Shown here piece by piece: positions 13,546 to 24,972 of a stretch of DNA of 64,000 nucleotides; the stretch's first letter is position 1, and the number at the start of each line of letters is the position of its first letter. Source of the DNA: the human T2T-CHM13v2.0 reference genome, Homo sapiens. The position numbers and the translations under genes were made by a program. The notes under the pieces were generated by a model. The model ran no database searches. It was not told where the DNA came from and worked only from the letters and a program-made list of their open reading frames with translations. The DNA is taken from NCBI RefSeq assembly GCF_009914755.1, contig NC_060930.1, one strand, 5' to 3'.

Positions 13546-15049
13546 CATGAATCTGATAATCTGGAAACCAACTTCTGTTTATAAATCAACATAATTGTGC
13601 TATGCAAAGAAAAATAACATGCAAACCTAGTCTAAATGGTAAACTCTTTTATATCATTCTGTGCAACTCTGCAATTTTTCAGTCTATATAATACCCAAAA
13701 TCACATGACATCATGTCAGTTTCTTGAGGTTCCCAATGCTGTGCTGCACGTAATTCTTACTGTATAAAGCTCAAAATTTACATCAGCAAGAGTGTATGTG
13801 TGGATCAGCACAAGGCTAATAACCCTGTAAGAATAGTTACTTAAACTTTATGGTCTCCTAAGTAGAGAACAATGCTGTAATCCAGAAAAAATGGGATATT
13901 ATTAAGAGAATAATGGTACTATGCTTAGAATTTCATGTGTGTTTATATAATTTTCTATAAAAAATCTAAAATATAAGTGATTTAAGGTAGTTTGATGATT
14001 CCCCTCTGTGACGAGTTGAGCTAAATTCAAAATTATAGAACAAAGCAACTTAAAAAAATAGCCACTTTTTGTGAAGGATCAGAAATCTAGAAGATTGCAG
14101 CCAAGTTTAAATTCTTTAGGAGAAAATTTCAACTCGATATTTCTCCAGCCTTTAAATTTTGAGTTAGTTTTGCTGGGTTTATTTGTGGATACTCCATCTG
14201 TTCAGTGCTGAGACGGGCTGGAAGAATATATTTATGGATGGCCACTGACTCCAAACTGATGAGTCACTAAAGCAAGAAAGTACGAGGATCATGACTGAAT
14301 TCAGCAGGACATGTGAATATACTGTTTATAAAGTAGAGTTCAAGATTTCGCTTTGAAGAATCTGGGTCAGACCCCAAGCCTTTAAGTTTTGGTCAAATTG
14401 AATGTAAGTATTTTTTTTTTCCTCAAACTAAGTTACTACCTAGTATAATTGAAAATATGTGAGTTAAAAAAAATCCAAGCATTTAAAAACTATAGAACGT
14501 ATTTATTTATATAATATCAATTCATAAAATATTTGACATACACTATTAGAGGAGAATTGTAGGAGAAAGTTTTTTTGTCAGAAAATATTTTTGTCAGTTT
14601 CAGAACACATTAAACTTTGACCTTACACAATGGGACTTCAAGATATGTTTGGGTGTTATGTTTGCTAAAATAAGGAGGCATTATTTTAAATACTTTCCAT
14701 ATATTCGCTGCATTCTGGTGGGGAGGCTTTGCTGAACCTCACAGAGGGTCTAGGCGATTTGACTTGTCATGATTACACCAACACTGTTTTCCTTATTTGG
14801 CTTGAATTTATATCACTGGAATATTTGAAGTAGTTGATCGTCTTCTTTTTGTGGAGTTTGTAGTTAGACAAAATATATGCAAATGATGTGTGCTGCTTCC
14901 TTGTTCTCTTATTTGTATAATAAAGAATTATGTGTATTTTTTTCAATTATCCTAGAAAAAAATTTATCCTAAATGCAAATGCAAACAGTCTACATGACTT
15001 ATTAAGGAACTAAGTTACACCCCAAACTCACATAAACATGATATATGTT

Positions 15050-16022
15050 CCTATTATCTTTTTTTCCTTTTCATTTTTACCCTGACTCTTCCAGCTCAAA
15101 TTTCATCTCTTGTGTTTTCCTTTTGGAGCCCTTACATGTTTTTTTTAGAGTTCTTAGATTAGAGAGGTCACAACATCTATAATTTAGATTCTTAAGGAAT
15201 CTATTTATAGTTTTGTCTGCTTTACAGTATAATTTTTCTGTTATGGATTCTTCAACTGGTTTTTTTCTTATATTTTTCTTGTAGCATTGTTTTTTGCTTT
15301 GATTTTGGTTAAAAGCAGATTTCCTTCTGAATATCACTCATTGTTTAGTGGATTATTTATTTTCCCGGTCCCAGCAATTTTTTGAAGAACAATGTTGGGA
15401 TATAAGCTAGTGGGCTATTAGCTGGTGGATCCTGGGACTAGGCCTATATCAAGACCTCCACTCTACAAGGAGACCACCTCTACTCTTGGCTAGCGGATCT
15501 GCTTGACTAACATGCTTTGCATTTCTAACACTCTGCATATCACCAGTTCTGAACATTGCACTTCTTTTCTCTAGTATATCGAAAACACAGCTGCTGAGTT
15601 GACTTTTGCTCTTCCATGTGGCAAACTAAAAGCCTGAGTTGTATTAGAAATGCCATGAAGCTCTTTCTCACTTGGCCCCAACCTCCCTGCTACCCTTTGA
15701 TAAATGACTCTGGAATCTAGTGCACTCCTGCCCACACACCTAGATCTTGTCTTTCTAGGCAAGGGGCGCTGGTGTGGCACTGAAGAGTGTATGTTACCTG
15801 AGAGATGCATTGGAATGGGTTCACTCTTTACTTCTTCCCTGCACCATTTTTTCTGCTTTCCGTAATCTGTTTTCCTAGATTGTGGTTCAGGGTTTTAGCT
15901 GTTTTTTAGTTTCAGCAAAGATGGAGAAAACTCCTTATTTCCTGCATTTGTATTCTTGTTGGTTAGTTTCAGAAAGAAGATTCAAGCAGAGACAGTCTTA
16001 CTTCAGCATCTTCAACTTGAGG
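15050..16022 (-). mobile_element. HAL1 / ancient L1M 5' region
   Basis: T-rich on the plus strand and Lys-rich in reverse translation. The end (cagcatcttcaacttgaggt) resembles the reversed aagatggc start of old L1/HAL1. Confidence 0.4.
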
Positions 16023-16201
16023 TTCCACATTACATTCAAATGTGGTCAGTGCCCTCTGAAATTCTGATGAGCTGTCTGCTGCAAGTATGGATAGATGTTT
16101 AATCTGGTATGGAAAAACGGCATTGCCCTGTTCATTGTAGAGAGCAACAACACATAATTTCTTATCTCCCTGCCATATATCTTACTTAGAAGTGAAACGT
16201 T

Positions 16202-16335
16202 GGCTGGGTGCAGTGGCTCAAACCTGTAACCCCCAATACTTTAGGAGGCTGAGGCAGATGGTTTGCCTGAGCCCAGAAGTTTGAGACCAGCGTGAGCAAC
16301 ATAGTGAGACTCCATCTCTATTTTATTTTTTTTAA
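16202..16335 (+). mobile_element. FLAM / Alu left monomer
   Basis: Single Alu monomer ending gagactccatctcta. Approximate TSD agtgaaacgt / agtgaaatgt. Confidence 0.88.
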
Positions 16336-18309
16336 AGAGTGAAATGTGAAGGTGGAATGAAGTTATTCATGAAAATATGATGCATGGAACTTCAGAATTC
16401 ATTTGTATTTGATAATGAATTTAAGGTATTAAAAATCCATATGCCTTCAAAAAAGTAACCTGCCTTTTGAGGATCTTAATTTACAGAATATGAAAAACTG
16501 TTTAGCTTTTTCTTTCTCCAATTCTCCACTCATCAGTCTAACCTCTAGCTCTCTCAATGGGCTCTGTCCTACTCAAATATTTTTGATAGAAAGAAATATA
16601 TTAATTTATTAAATCATGCACACCCCAAACCAGGAACTGCATACAAAACAAAAACTAAAGAGCTTTTCTCTGTAAGTAACTTGCTGGCTGTTAGGCTTAC
16701 CTGAAGTATAGGAAATAATTAAATCTGGGTTCATAAACCTGCTGCTTTTGATACTTGCTATATTATGAGATGTGTGAGACTATAAGAATAAATAAAGATG
16801 CTAACAATTTGTACTATCAATATAATGTAAAAAGTGAAAAGTCAACAATAGTTGATATATTCTTCCATTACAATTAATTTTTATGCTATAAATTTATTTT
16901 ACATTAATCATAGCTATAATTGTTATTTGTGCAACTGTTCAAATATCTTTATAGATAATATGGAAAAATTCATTTGCCATTTGTATGATATAACATAGAT
17001 AAATGTAAAGATTTCTGTAGAGTATATATCCTTTAAAGCAAAAGATTTTATCAATAAAAAGTTTCATTTGCTCTTTTTAAAGACTTGAAATAAGATAGAA
17101 AGTGATTTGTATCATTCAGGGATCATTGACATACCTAGCTGAAGAAATAGATATGGGCTTAAAGATGATCTTTCCAATAAGAGATTATAGTCTTTCTCAC
17201 TTGGAAAATTGGTTTGTTGATCTGGAGGGGAATGGGGGGCTATTTCATGGTTTCTGAAGGCCAAGATTCCCTCTGAGTGGATTTATCGTTTGAGCCACCT
17301 GTGTACTTAGACTCCCACTCACTTTCTTCAAGGAGAATCCTGCTGTCTATGGATTTAGCCAGGTTTAAAATATATTTATAGTAGGAACTACCAAACATTA
17401 TCTCAAGCTGAGCTATAAGAAAGCCCATCAAAGTTAACTTCCAAGGCATTCTGATAGTTATGCCTTGATTCTGGATCTTGATTTTCCCACACTTCTGTTT
17501 TCCTTTTTATGTGGAAAAAAAAATCAGAGGAAAACTCAGTATTCAGAAAGAAAAAATGTACAGGAAAATACCAGCCTGGACAATGATAGGTAAAGGAATG
17601 CCAGGAACTCTGCCGACTGCTACCAGGATGACAGAATCTAGCTTCAGAATCCAGTTGCTGGAGGCTTTCTCTTAAAAGAGCTTAATAGAACCTTCATGCA
17701 TTATCAACGCTCATTTCCCAATGTCTCCTCAAATGAGGAATTAATGTTAACAGATCAGAGGGACACCCAAAACTGACTAGATGAGCTTACTGTGACTGTC
17801 CTCCCTTTATAGCTCATTTATAAACTGTAAAACTCGCAGTAATATAGCTCCTGAGGTTATATGCAGCAATTTACCTCATTTTCTTTTCTCACTCATAATA
17901 TAGTATTAAAAAGAAACAAAGAAACAAAAAACAAACTTCTATTCCTGAATTTAGCTGGATTTACTTTGCTTCCCCTTTGTGCTTCCCATTCCACCATTGC
18001 GTCATTTTCCAAATACTACAAATTCAGATTAGATGTCATGACAAGTGATACTATAATTAATTTATTTGGTAAACTGTGTTGTTAGCAAAATAAATTGTTG
18101 TAGCAAAGTCAAATGGGATGCTAGAAAGCACATTGGTTTAAGTAGGTGTTGGGATCCTAAGTTCAGAGTTTTAGAGCTGTTATTTATTTAGTGACTTAGT
18201 TTATACAAATTGCTTTACCTCTCCATGCTTGATATGCTGATATGCAAAGTGGATATGCTGTTTCAGCTAAATTCAAGTGTTGTTTTGGAGATTATTTCAT
18301 GTGTCAGTT

Positions 18310-18500
18310 TGCATTTATTTGTTTTTCTTCTGATTCATTTCAGAATCTTTTTGAAGTGGCTTACAGACACATAAAATATAAACAGACAATTAAAACAAAA
18401 TTAAGTCAAGACAAACACTAAACTAATAGTGAAGCCAAATTGGCTTTCAGTTCCAAGTCAACACAAAAACACAAAAAGAAAAACTAAACTGGTTACATGA
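18310..18500 (-). mobile_element. L4 (RTE-X)-like 3' fragment
   Basis: tttatttg...tttgaagtggcttaca...aaattggctttcagttcc...ctggttacat resembles the recalled reversed L4 end. Confidence 0.35.
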
Positions 18501-18520
18501 CCTGAGAGGAACACATTTGC

Positions 18521-18575
18521 CCTCTCTCTATCTCTCTTTCTCTCTCTCTTCCTTCCTCTCTCTCTGTCTCTCTGT

Positions 18576-18603
<28 letters not shown>
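18521..18603. repeat. Compound (TC)n-(CA)14 microsatellite
   Basis: Imperfect TC run followed by a perfect CA run at 18576-18603. Confidence 0.95.
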
Positions 18604-18606
<3 letters not shown>

Positions 18607-19862
18607 TCCCACATACACACATTAGACCTTCCTATAACAAGTCATTAAGTTGTCTAAATTAGAAATGTGGTCCTCATTGTGAGCTGCTATAGAAATGCAG
18701 GTATCTTTTCTGTCATCTTCTCTTAGGAATTGCAACAACATCTAGCTTCTCACAAAATCAGGTAAAGTTGTGTTCCTCTGCCATTCCTCTGCTCCAGTGT
18801 TGTAATATATTTTAATCAAAATGTATCTAAAACTATGAACTTCAAAATACATAGCTTCTCATATGGTGACTTCATTATGTAGTGTCAAAAGAGCCGTATG
18901 CCAAAAGGCCAATTTTACCATTTCTATGTGGACAATGCTTACTTTTCTGGGAAGGTTTGCTCCATCATTCTCCCAAGTATCCAGAGATAAGACTTTTTGA
19001 TGACCAAACTTTACATAGATGTCACCTTATAGGAACAAATTTCCAAACTCCTATTGGCCATGTGGACTCTGTCTGTACCTAGCCTTACACTTCTGCTCCT
19101 CACTGGCCATTAGAAAAGCAAATGGAGGGAGATGGAGAAAGATAGCCAAACAAAAGCCTCTACTGATCATCCTCCTTGCAGAACCACCAAATGTAACACC
19201 TATTTACACAAAAAAGAGCCCTTCATAAGAAGCAGAAATCAGATGAGCAATTATAGTACCTGGTTTTAAGTTCATATTACTGAAAAAGGCACTGAAGACA
19301 GCAGGAAAGACAGTCTTGAATTGCCCATGCCAACCCTCCCCTGTCTTATGGCAGCTGCAGTGGGGCATGGAAACAAAATCTTGTATGCATAGGGGAGGGA
19401 GAGCACAGTGATTGTGGGATGTTGCATTAAAGCTTAGTCCTTTCCTTTTACAGTGGAAAGCAACACCAGACAGAAATTGGCAGGTGCCCATAGAAGCAGC
19501 ATTTAGAACAGACCTACCCAGAGGGGAATCACCCATCCCAATGGTCAGAACGTGAGTTCTGGCAAAACTCACCACCACAGGCTAATACTCTGGGATTCTA
19601 AATAAAATTGAAAGGCATTCTAGGCCACAAAGACTGCAACTCCTAAGCAATTCCTAGAGCTGTTCCAGGCTCAGAGCAAGTGTATTTGGGGGACACGTGA
19701 ACTAGTAAGACACCAAGCTGGGGTGGCCAAAGATGTTGCAGCTCTGAAAGAGACTCCTTTCTTTTTTCTGTAGAAGGAGAGGGAAGAGTAAAGAGGACTT
19801 TGTCTTGCAACTTAGATACTACATCAGGCCACAGTGGGGCAGTGGAGTAAGGCACTGGGCAG

Positions 19863-19864
<2 letters not shown>

Positions 19865-19912
<48 letters not shown>

Positions 19913-20032
19913 AGACAAGGTCTTTCTCTGTCACCTAGGCTGGAGTGCAGTGGCACAATCACCTCTCACTGCAACTTCTGCCTCCTGGGCCTAGGCTCAA
20001 GTGATCCTTCCACCTCAACCTCTCAAGTAGCT
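19865..20032 (-). mobile_element. AluJ-like right-arm fragment with a 47-nt poly(A) tail, inside the L1 5' UTR
   Basis: T47 then gagacaaggtct...ggctcaagtgatccttccacctcaacctctcaagtagct (J-type diagnostics). Confidence 0.9.
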
Positions 20033-20232
20033 CAGACAGCCTGCCCCAAGGGCCTGTGCTGGTGGCTGCCATGGGGAGACTCCTCTGCTTTTGGAAATGG
20101 GAGGGAAAGACCTTGTCTTGTGGGTTGGGTGTCAGCTCAGCTGCAGGTTAATAGAGAACCAGGTAGATTCAAGAGGTAGGGAGGATCACAAAAACAAACA
20201 AACAAACAAACAAAACAGAAATTAATAACAAA

Positions 20233-23200
20233 AAGGCAGGAGTAAATCCTTACTTATGAATAATAACATTGAATGTAGATGGACTAAACTCTCCAATCAA
20301 AAGACGTAGAGTAGACAAATGGATAAAAAACAAGACCTAATGATCTGTTGCCCACAAGAAATACACTACACCTGTAATTAAACACATAGACTGAAAATAA
20401 AGGGATAGAAAAGATATTTCATGCCAACGGAAACCAAAAATGAGCAGTAGCTATACTTACATCAGAAAAAGTAGATTTCAAGACAAAAGCTATTAAATGA
20501 GTCAAAGAAGATCATTAGATAATGATAAAAGGGATAATTCATCCAGATGATATATCAACTGCAAATATATATGTACCGAACACTGAAGCACCCCAATATA
20601 GAAAACAAATATTATTAGAACTAAAGGGAGATACAGACCCCAATACAATAATAGCTGGAGATTTCAACAACACATTTTCAGTTTTGGACAGGTCATCCAG
20701 TCAGGAAATTAATAAAGAAACATCAGATTTACTCTTCATGATAGAACACATGGACCTAATAGATATTTACAGATCATTTCATCTAGCAGCTACAGAATGC
20801 ACATTCTTTTCCTCAGCACATGGATTATTCTCAAGGATAGACTATATGTTAAGCCACAAAACAAGTCTGGAGACATTCAAAAAATTTGAAATAATATCAG
20901 GTACCTTCTCTGGCCACAATGGAATAAAACTATCAATAGAAATAAATAACAAGAGGAATTTTTCAAACTATACAAGCTCATGGAAATTAAACAATATGCT
21001 CCTGAATGACCAGTGAATCAATGGAGAAATTAAGAAGAGAATTTAAAAATCTCTTTAAACAAATGGTAATGGAAACACAACATACCAAAATCTATGGGAT
21101 ATAGCGAAGCAGCACTAAGAGGAGAGTTTATAGTTCTGAGTGCCTACATCAAAAAAGTAGAAAAACTTCAAATAAACAACCTGATGATGCATCTTGAAGA
21201 ACTAGGAGAGGAAGAGAAAGCCAAACCCAGAATTAATAGAAGAAAAGAAGTAATAAAGACTCACGAAAGGAAAGACTTCACATGTTCTCACTTATTTGTG
21301 GGAACTGAAAATTAAAACAATTGAACAAATGTAGATAGAAAATAGAAAGATGGTTAACAGAGGCTAGGAAGGGTAGTGAGGGTGTGTGTGTGGCAAGGAG
21401 TGGGATTGCTTAATTGGTACAAAAAATAGGAAAAACAAATGACACCTACTATTTTAGCACAACAGGATGTCTATAGTCAATAATAATTTAATTGTATATT
21501 TTAGAGTAACTGAAAGAGTATAATTGGATTTTTTGCAACACAAAAGATAAATGCTTGAGGAAGTGGATACCCTATTTACCATGATGTAATTATCATACAT
21601 TCCATGCCTATATCAAAGTATTTCATTTAACATATAACTATATACATCTACTAAGTACCCACAAAAATTAAAAATCAAAAATTTAAAAATTAATTAAATT
21701 GAAATGAAGAAAACAATACAAAAATCAATGAACCAAAAAGTGAGTTCTTTGAAAAGATAAATAAAATTGACAAACTTTTAGCCAGGCTAACTAAAAAAAA
21801 TCCAAATAAATAAAATTAGAGATGAAAAAAGGAGACAATACAACTGATACTATAAAATTCAAAACATCATTAGAGGCTAATATTAGGAACTATATAACTA
21901 TACACCTATAAATTGGAAGACCTAGAAGAAATGAATAAATTCCTAGACACATGCAGCCTATCAAAATTGAAATATGAAGAAATCCAAAACCTGAATAGAT
22001 TAAGTAACCAGATCAAGGCCATAAGAAAAGGCCTCCCAGGAAAGTAAAACCCTCAACTCAATGGCTTCATTACTGCATTTTACAAAACATTTAAAGAAGA
22101 AGTAATATTGATCCTACTCAAACTAGTTTTGCAAAATAGAGGAGGAGAGAATACTCTCATACTCATTCTGTGATGCCAGTATTACCCTGATACCAAAGCC
22201 AGGCAAAGACATATCAAAAAAAAGAAAACTACAGACCAATATCCCTGATCAACATTAATGTCAAAATCCCCAACAAAATACTCGCAAACAATACACTCAA
22301 CAATACATTAGAAAGATCATTCATCATCACCAAGTGGGATTTATCTCAGGGATGCAAGGATAGTTCAATGTATGCAAATCAATCAATATGAAACATCATA
22401 TAAACAGAATGAAGGACAAAGCCTATATGATCATTTCAATCGATGCTGAAAAAAGCATTTGATAAAATTCAATATCACTTTATGGTAAAAAACATAAAAA
22501 AAGCTGGGTGTAGAAAGAATGTACCTCAACACAATAAAAGCCATATACAACAACAAAAAAAAAAAAAACAGGAAATGTCGTACTGAATGGGGAAAAACTG
22601 AAAGCCTTTCCTCTAAGATCTGAAACATGATAAGGATGCACACTTTCACTACTGTCATTCAATATAGTACTGGAAGTCCTATCTAGAGCAATCAGAAAAG
22701 AGAAAGAAATGGCATCCAAATTGGAAGGGAAGGAGTCAAGTTATCCTTGTTTGCATATTATATGATTTTATATTTCAAAAAACCCAAAGAGTCTACCAAA
22801 AACTATTAGAGATAATAAACAAATTTAGTAAAGTTGCAGGATACAAAGTCAACATATAAAAATCATTAATATTTCTATATGCCAACAACAAACAATCTGA
22901 AAAAGAAACCAAACAGTAATTCCAGTTATAATAGCTACAAATAAAATTAAATGCCTAGAAATTAACATAAGGAAGTGAAAGATCTCTACAATGAAAACTA
23001 TAAAACATTGATGAAAGAAATTGAAGATGACCCTAACAAATGGAAAGATATTCCATGTTCATGGATTGGAAGAATCGATATTGTTTAAATATCTATATTT
23101 TCCAAAGCAATCTATAGATTCAAAGTGATCTGTGTCAAAATACCAATGACAATATTCATAGAAATAGAAAAAAAAAATCCTAAAATGTGTATGGAACAAC

Positions 23201-24390
23201 AAAAGACTCAGAATAGCCAAAGCTGTCCTGAGCAAAAAGAATAAAACTGGAGGAATCACATTACCTGACTTCAAATTAAACTACAGAGCTATAGTAACCA
23301 AAACAGCATGGTGCTCACATAAAAACAGACACATAGACCAATAGAACAAAATAGACAACTCAGAAACAAATCCATACACCTACAGTGAAATCCTTGATAA
23401 CACAGCTGCCAAGAATGTACATTGGGGAAAAACTATCTCTTCAATAAATGGTGCTGGGAAAACTGGCTATCCATAGGCAGAAGAATAAAACTAGATTCCT
23501 ATCTCTCACATATACAAATATCAAATGCAAATGGATTGAAGACTTAAACCTAAGACCTCAAACTATGAAACTACTACAAGAAAACATTGGGGAAACCCTC
23601 TGGGACATTGGTCTGGGCAAAGATTTCTTGAATAATACCCCACAAGTAGAGGCAACCAAAGCAAAAATGGACAAATGGTATTACATGAAGTTAAATGATT
23701 CAGTACAGCAAAAGAAACAATCAACAAAATGAAGAGACAACTCACAGAATGAAAAAAAGAAAAATATTTGCAAACTAACCATCTGACAAATGATTAATAA
23801 CTAGAAAAAAGAGCTCAAACAACTCTATAAGAAAAAAAATCCAATAGTCCAATTTAAAAATGGGTAAAAGATATGAATAAACATTTATCAAAAGACAAAA
23901 TACAAAGACATCCATTATGAGAGAAATGTGAATGAAAGCTGCAATGAGATATTATCTCACACAAGTTAAATGGCTTTTATCTAAAAGACAGGTAATCACA
24001 AATGCTAGTAAGGATGTGGAGAAAAGGGAACCATCCTGAACTGTTGGTGGGAATGTAAAGTAGTATGATCACTATGGAGAGCAGTGTGGAGGTTTCTCTA
24101 AAATAATAGAAGTACCCACTGCTAGGTGTATACCCAAAAGTAATCAGGATATGGAGGAGATATTTGCACTCTTATGTTTATTGCATTACTCTTCAAATAG
24201 CCAAGATTGGGAAGCAACCTATATGTCCCATCAGCAGACAAAAATGGATAAAGAAAATTTGGTACATGCACAAAATGGAGTATTATTCAGCCATAAAAAA
24301 GAGTGAGACGATGTCATTTGCAACAACAGGAATGGAACTGGAGGTCATTAGGTTAAATGAAATGTCAGGCACAGAAAAACAAACTTCACA
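20233..24390 (+). pseudogene. Decayed L1 ORF2 (APE endonuclease + reverse transcriptase)
   Basis: Many stops and frameshifts, and the start ATG is mutated. The RT catalytic motif FADD reads FAYY at 22750-22761. Confidence 0.9.
21260..21689 (+). mobile_element. 5'-truncated L1MA 3' end nested within the host L1 ORF2
   Basis: acttcacatgttctcacttatttgtggg...gtacccacaaaaattaaaaa interrupts ORF2, which resumes at aaattgaaatgaagaaaacaatac. Confidence 0.9.
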
Positions 24391-24774
24391 TGTTCTCATT
24401 TATCTGTGAAAGTTAAAAATCAAAACAAATGAACTCATGAAACCACAGAGTAGAATTATGGTTACCAGAGTCTGGGAAGGGTAGTGGGAGGTGGGGAGGG
24501 AAGTGGAGATGGCTAATGCATACAAAAAAATAGAAATAATGGATAAGATCTGGTATTTGATGGAAAAACAGGGTGACTACAGTCAATAATAATTTCATTA
24601 TACATTTGAAGTAACTAAAGACTGTAACACAAGAAAGGGTTAAATACTTGAGGTAAATGGATATCACACTTAGCATGATGTGACTATTATACACTGTATG
24701 CCTGTATCAACATATCTCATGTTCCTCATAAATATATAGATCTATTATGTACTGATAAAAATTAAAAAGAAAGA

Positions 24775-24972
24775 GTGGAAGACACAGAAGATAAAACCAT
24801 TTGATGATAGAGGCAGAGATTGGAGTGATGCATCTATAAGTCAAGGAACACCAAGCACAGTGACAGCACCAGAACCTGGAGAGAGGCATGGGACAGATTA
24901 TTCTTCCAGAGCTTGCTGAAAGACCAGCCCTGGGGAAATGCTGATTTCTGATGTCTGGCTTCTGTAACTGTG
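24775..24972 (+). mobile_element. MLT1 (MLT1B/C-like) LTR fragment, resumes briefly at 27250-27275
   Basis: gaggcagagattggagtgatgcatctataagtcaaggaacacc...gagaggcatgggacaga. After the THE1A the sequence continues with agaataaagttatgttgtttt. Confidence 0.85.

Larger units (their letters stand above)
19124..24772 (+). mobile_element. LINE-1 L1MA1-3 class (L1M1-type 5' end); 5' UTR present, ORF1 missing, ORF2 decayed, 3' UTR present
   Basis: The 5' end ggagggagatggagaaagatagccaaac...ccttcataagaagcagaaatcag matches the L1M1 5' UTR. ORF2 remnants are in ORFs 20522-21016 (NIYVPN, IIAGDFN, SRIDY), 21094, 23448 and 24164. Ends with an L1MA 3' UTR and A-rich tail. Confidence 0.95.

Noticed and set aside
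15077-15337. Lys-rich minus-strand ORF as a processed pseudogene
   Set aside because: No recognisable parent, poly(A) or TSD. Better explained as an old L1/HAL1 remnant.
20522-21016. 164-aa endonuclease-like ORF as a gene
   Set aside because: It is a fragment of decayed L1 ORF2 surrounded by stops and frameshifts, and the RT motif is destroyed.
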